Below are positions 33,851-38,545 of a stretch of 38,545 nucleotides of DNA, piece after piece. Origin of the DNA: Octopus sinensis. Lineage: Eukaryota. The first letter of the stretch is position 1. The number at the start of each line of letters is the position of its first letter. The position numbers and the translations under genes were made by a program. The notes under the pieces were generated by a model that was given only the letters and a program-made list of their open reading frames with translations, did no database searches and was not told the DNA's origin. The DNA lies in assembly GCF_006345805.1 (NCBI RefSeq), contig NW_021827526.1, forward strand, positions 1-38,545, given 5' to 3'.

Positions 33851-34540
33851 TGTACAAACACTTTTACTATGTTTACACTTTTATATGTTTATATATATAA
33901 TTTTTTTTCTTACTAATATACTTAATATTTTATACTTCCACCATTTAAACCATTTAAGGAAGTCCTGCTTCATCAGCAAATAACACGTGACAGCTTAGTT
34001 AACCTCCAATTTTTTTATTTTCTTTTTTCTGTATAACATTATTATATTGCAATACATGGTCATATGCATTATTTATTAATTTATTTTACTTTAAATTCCT
34101 GAAACAATATCTTCCTTTCTGCAACCAATTTCTATAGAAATCTCAATACACAACATTGCTCCATTTCTGTTATGCTACACGGTCGTCTTACTATCGTACA
34201 TCTGGGCAGATCAGGCCCTCTCAGGGTTGCTATGTGGGTGGTATGTAACATATGTCGCAAATTTCCTTCTTGTCATTTCTGTCTATTTAAAGCAATTACT
34301 TTCTTCTTCTTCTTCTTCTTGAATTCACGCCATTATTCCAGTCAGTCTCATATCAATCGCAACGGCCGTCCTCATTCTTGGAGGTTTATGCACAGTGCTT
34401 CCCTTAAATCAAGGTCACCGCCGAGAGGACTTGTTGTGCCAAAGCATTCAAAATTGTGGGTGCAAGAAATAGATATGACTAGCGATTTATACACATACGC
34501 ACACATACATACACATATACACATATGCATACACATACAC

Positions 34541-34620
<80 letters not shown>
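34541..34620. repeat. (GATA)n microsatellite
   Basis: Direct reading. Confidence 0.97.
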
Positions 34621-34704
34621 GTAAGAGAAGAGTGGTAAGATACAGGATTCTAATTCCATTCGTTTACAGCTGTTTCATAAACTTGCTAGTTACATAATAG
34701 ACGT

Positions 34705-35396
34705 TACACCATGACGTTGACTGGATGTTTGATTTTATCACTCTCGGTACATGTTTTGGGGACACGCAAGCCAACGGTTGTTTTGTGTGTTTACCATCTG
34801 ATTCTGGCAGAAATTTTTCTCATCTGTGAAAAACCAAGGCTTGTTCAGTTGGAGGGGATGATTGAGTTTCTTCAAAGCTTCGTAGCGCGGTCTTACCCTT
34901 GTCCTTGATGGCTTGGGATAAAAATTGGCCCTTTCTCATCTTGTATGAGAAATATGAAATGTCTTCATGCACAACCTGCCTGATATGAAACTCAGACACT
35001 CTCATGTCCCTGGTGATGGACCTGAGTGACTTGGAGGGATCTCACCAACAAATTTAGGAGTTCGTTTCTTTCAGGACGATCAGAGAAAGTTTTCCAAGAG
35101 GCCGTACCTTCGTAATCACCATTAGAATCATCCAACTTTTTCCGAATCCTCTGCACTGTACACAGACTGACACCCAAACCCTCTGAAATGTTCGTATTGG
35201 AGCTTCCGGTGTGAAAGCCAAGCAGTACAGCATGTTGTTTCCAAATTACTGGCAGAGTAAATTGCGTCGTGGTGCTGTTTTTCTCACAGACGGTGTCCAA
35301 CTGACCCTACTATTCTGTGTAGTCGACAAAATTAAAAACAGTGAGCATGCGTGAAATAAAAATATAAAATGGCAACAATTCCTCCATCACACGCTG
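34705..35396 (-). mobile_element. Decayed Tc1/mariner-superfamily transposon, 5' half
   Basis: HTH-like SNTNISEGLGVSLCTVQRIRKKL, then MRVSEFHIRQVVHEDI.YFSYKMRKGQFLS and FFTDEKNFCQNQMVNTQNNRWLA (first catalytic D); TIR-like CAGCGTGTGATGG at 35396. Confidence 0.85.
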
Positions 35397-35511
35397 TGTG
35401 TGTGTATTTATATATATGGTATATATTTATATATATACACAATATATATATATATATACAAAACAAAATATTAATATACATAAATTATCTATATATATTA
35501 TATAATATATA

Positions 35512-35668
35512 TATGGCGCGTTTCTTTCAGTTTCCGTCAACTATCTATCTACTCACAAACCTTTGATCGACCCGAGGCTGTAACAGTAGCCACTCATCCA
35601 AGGAAATGAAGGTGGAACTATAATCATGTAGTTGGGAACCAAATTTCTTACCACACAGCCACGCCTAT
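35512..35668 (-). mobile_element. Degenerate family A SINE head
   Basis: TTCTTTCAGTTTCCGTC...CTTACCACACAGCCACGCCT. Confidence 0.7.
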
Positions 35669-36071
35669 ATCTGTTTCCGATATTTACATTAAAACTGATT
35701 ATATATATATATATAATATAAATAATAAATAAATATATGCATATATACGTACATATATGTACATACCTAAACGAGGTTCTGGTGGCGAACGCGTAAATCA
35801 AGCTTGGACAGGAGACAGACAAGAACACGTCTTTCTTGTTCCAGCTACAACGGAGAGAAAGAAAGAAAAGCTTTTTTGGAGAAGGAAGTAAAATGGCCGA
35901 TGGTCACGTTGGAGCCACGTGAGCAAGGGAGGAGGAGTGAGGGAGAGAGAGTGACAGAGTAATAGGCTAGAATAGTGGGAGAAGAGGTGGTAAAAAAACA
36001 AAAGAGAGAGAAAGAGAGAAAAACGAAAGAATAAAAAGATTGTATAGTGTGCGCATCATAATTACTAAATC

Positions 36072-36215
36072 TGACGGTTCGGCAGGGGAGACCGATAGAA
36101 TATGTACTAGACTTACAAAGCATAAGTCCTGTTGCGGAGTGTGGGGGGGGGCGTCGATTGGTTCTACTAAAAGGTGGTGCTCCAGTATGGCCGCAGTCAA
36201 ATGACTGAAACATAT
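36072..36215 (+). mobile_element. Family A SINE tail fragment
   Basis: CGGTTCGGCA..GAGACCGATAGAAT...GGCCGCAGTCAAATGACTGAAAC. Confidence 0.8.
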
Positions 36216-36641
36216 ATAAGAAAAAAATAAGAATATATATTTATGCATATGTGTATGTATATACATATATATATACATGTATATACGCGTGTGTATGTGT
36301 GTGTGCACGAGAAAAGGTAGAGTGTGTGTGAATGATTATATTGCCATATATGCATATGTGTATGTGTACATAAGAGTGTATGCGTATATACATGCACACA
36401 TGTGTTTGCGTGTGTGAGTGCGTATATATACACACACACATACACCAGTTTTGATGATAATTTATCACGTAATTAGGTATATATCTGTATTCATATGTAC
36501 TACTTGTGTGTAGGGGGATTCATGTATGTTTGTGTGTGTGAGTGCACTGCATATGTATATACATAAGTGTATAAATAAATGTATGAATATATACATATAT
36601 ATTTACATATATATATATATAAATCCAAATATACATATATA

Positions 36642-36732
36642 TGTTCCTTCTTTCCTGAGCGTCCAATAATACTATATTTGTTCCACGTCCTCGCGTTCGT
36701 GTGTTTTTTTGTGCTTTCTTGTTTGGATTAAC
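36642..36732 (+). mobile_element. Truncated copy of the 3945-4110 Penelope-like fragment (no hammerhead part), in (TA)n
   Basis: Reverse complement of ~3946-4030 (CCTGAGCGTCCAATA..TTGTTCCACGTCCTCGCGTT..TTTGGATTAACT). Confidence 0.8.
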
Positions 36733-36747
36733 TAACATATATATATA

Positions 36748-36780
<33 letters not shown>

Positions 36781-36817
36781 CAATATATATATATCCAAAT
36801 ATACATATATATGTGTA

Positions 36818-36858
<41 letters not shown>

Positions 36859-36935
36859 ATATATATATATATATATAATATATATATATATATGGGTGTG
36901 TGTGTGTGTGTGGTGTCTATAATATTTACATATAC

Positions 36936-36966
<31 letters not shown>

Positions 36967-37264
36967 CTGTATATATATATATATAATAATATCACCCCTT
37001 TGGCACACTAAAAATGCATATGCCAGCCAAAATGGCTGAAACCAACAGAAAGAAAAGGAGTTCAAACGAAACTTTCCGAAAATATTCTAATACGGACACA
37101 CACCACACACACACACACACACACTCACACACACACACACACTCACACACACACACACACTCACACGGCATACAGGTTCTTTTATTATATTATATAGTAT
37201 ATAATATATATATATATATATATATAATATATATATATATATACACATATATGTATATGTACGC

Positions 37265-37297
<33 letters not shown>

Positions 37298-37367
37298 TGT
37301 ATATGTACGCATATATATATATATCTATAATATATATATATATATATACACTTATGTATATTACGCA

Positions 37368-37407
<40 letters not shown>

Positions 37408-38545
37408 CACATTTCACAGCGACATCGTCTACATGTCTAGTTTATGAAACCCCCTAAAGGCGGGGTGGCCTAGGATGGAGTAGGAGGTAAAAAAAAAACC
37501 CAAAAACTAAAGGCGCAGCAAACGAAAGGCGGGGGTGGAGGGTGGAAAAAAAACAAGACTTGTAAGCAAGGTAACATGAGAAGTGTTGGAGAAAATTAAG
37601 AGGTGCTTACACTACGGATCCTGAAAACTGCAAAATAACAGGAAATTGCCAACCGTATACCTACGTTGAAATATGTATTAAAGAGTACGAACGACAGAAC
37701 ATTTGGCTGATATCTTTAGTCTTTACAATACAGAACTGCTATAAGTTTTTCCGTGCTTATGTTTGGGTTTTTTTGGGGGTTTTTTTTTGCTGTGTTCTTG
37801 ATGTGTGTGTGCTTTGTTCTTGTTGTTGTTGCTGTGTGTTTTTTTTCTTTGTTTTTTGTTATCTTTACCATTAAGTATCGTATGCTATACGCGTTGACGG
37901 TGAGCCCTTTTCGTATTTTCATTCTTATCGTTTACTTAGCAAAGGTGCACTGTAAACGTGTGTGCATATACGTGAGTGTTTGTTTTAGTGCATGTGTGTG
38001 TGTATGTGTGTGTGTGTGTGTGGTGTGTGTGTGTGGACTTCTGTGTTTGTTTGTTTTGTTTGTTTGTTTGTGTGTGTGTGTGTGTGTATGTGTTTCTTTC
38101 TAGAAACGACGGGAACTTGGCCAACGAAAACTGGATCGCGCTGATATGCATGTTTATATGCATGTTTATATGCATGTTTATATGCATGTCAATGCACACG
38201 CATGTGTATGCGTGTGTATGTCTGTATGTTTGTGTGTATGATTGTGCATGTATGCGTAATTGTATTTGTGTGTGTATGTGTATATATGTGTGTGTTAGTG
38301 AATTTGTGTGTGTGAGTGTATATATATATATATATATACATATATATATAAATGTGTGTGTGTGTGTGTGTGTGTTTTGATGGTTCGCCATTAATTAAGA
38401 AATTTTTATATGCACATCATACCAGGAATCAAAACTGAAATAAATTTAAATACTAGGAATCCTAGCTGTTAAAGGAAATATAACAATGTAAATACAATAT
38501 ATTTTATCTATGCTTCTCATTTACAGAGGGAAAAGAAAGGAGGAA

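Noticed and set aside
37455-37545. GC-box-like GGCGGGG motifs as a promoter
   Set aside because: Short motifs only; no CpG island or linked exon to support the call.

Overview
Eukaryotic, AT-rich and very repeat-dense DNA, intronic or intergenic. The SINE families and microsatellite load look like an Octopus genome (inferred from recalled repeat families, not from a search). No intact protein-coding gene could be supported; nearly all ORFs in the track are microsatellite read-throughs. The window contains three tRNA-derived SINE families (called A, B and C here), one of which forms TSD-flanked multimers and an 8 x 184 bp array. It also holds decayed LINE fragments (two RTE 3' ends, one Dong/R4-type RLE element ending in (TAA)n, one ORF1 zinc knuckle), Tc1/mariner relics and MITEs, a Helitron, a Helentron-type element, and a Merlin-like MITE with telomeric repeats. 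The most notable signal is catalytic RNA. A ~400 bp TSD-flanked non-autonomous RTE-derived element (10286-10683) begins exactly at an HDV-like ribozyme fold. Three unrelated short elements embedded in (TA)n each carry a minimal Penelope-type hammerhead ribozyme, two of them with a non-canonical CCGACGA core. All RNA folds were paired by eye and are untested.
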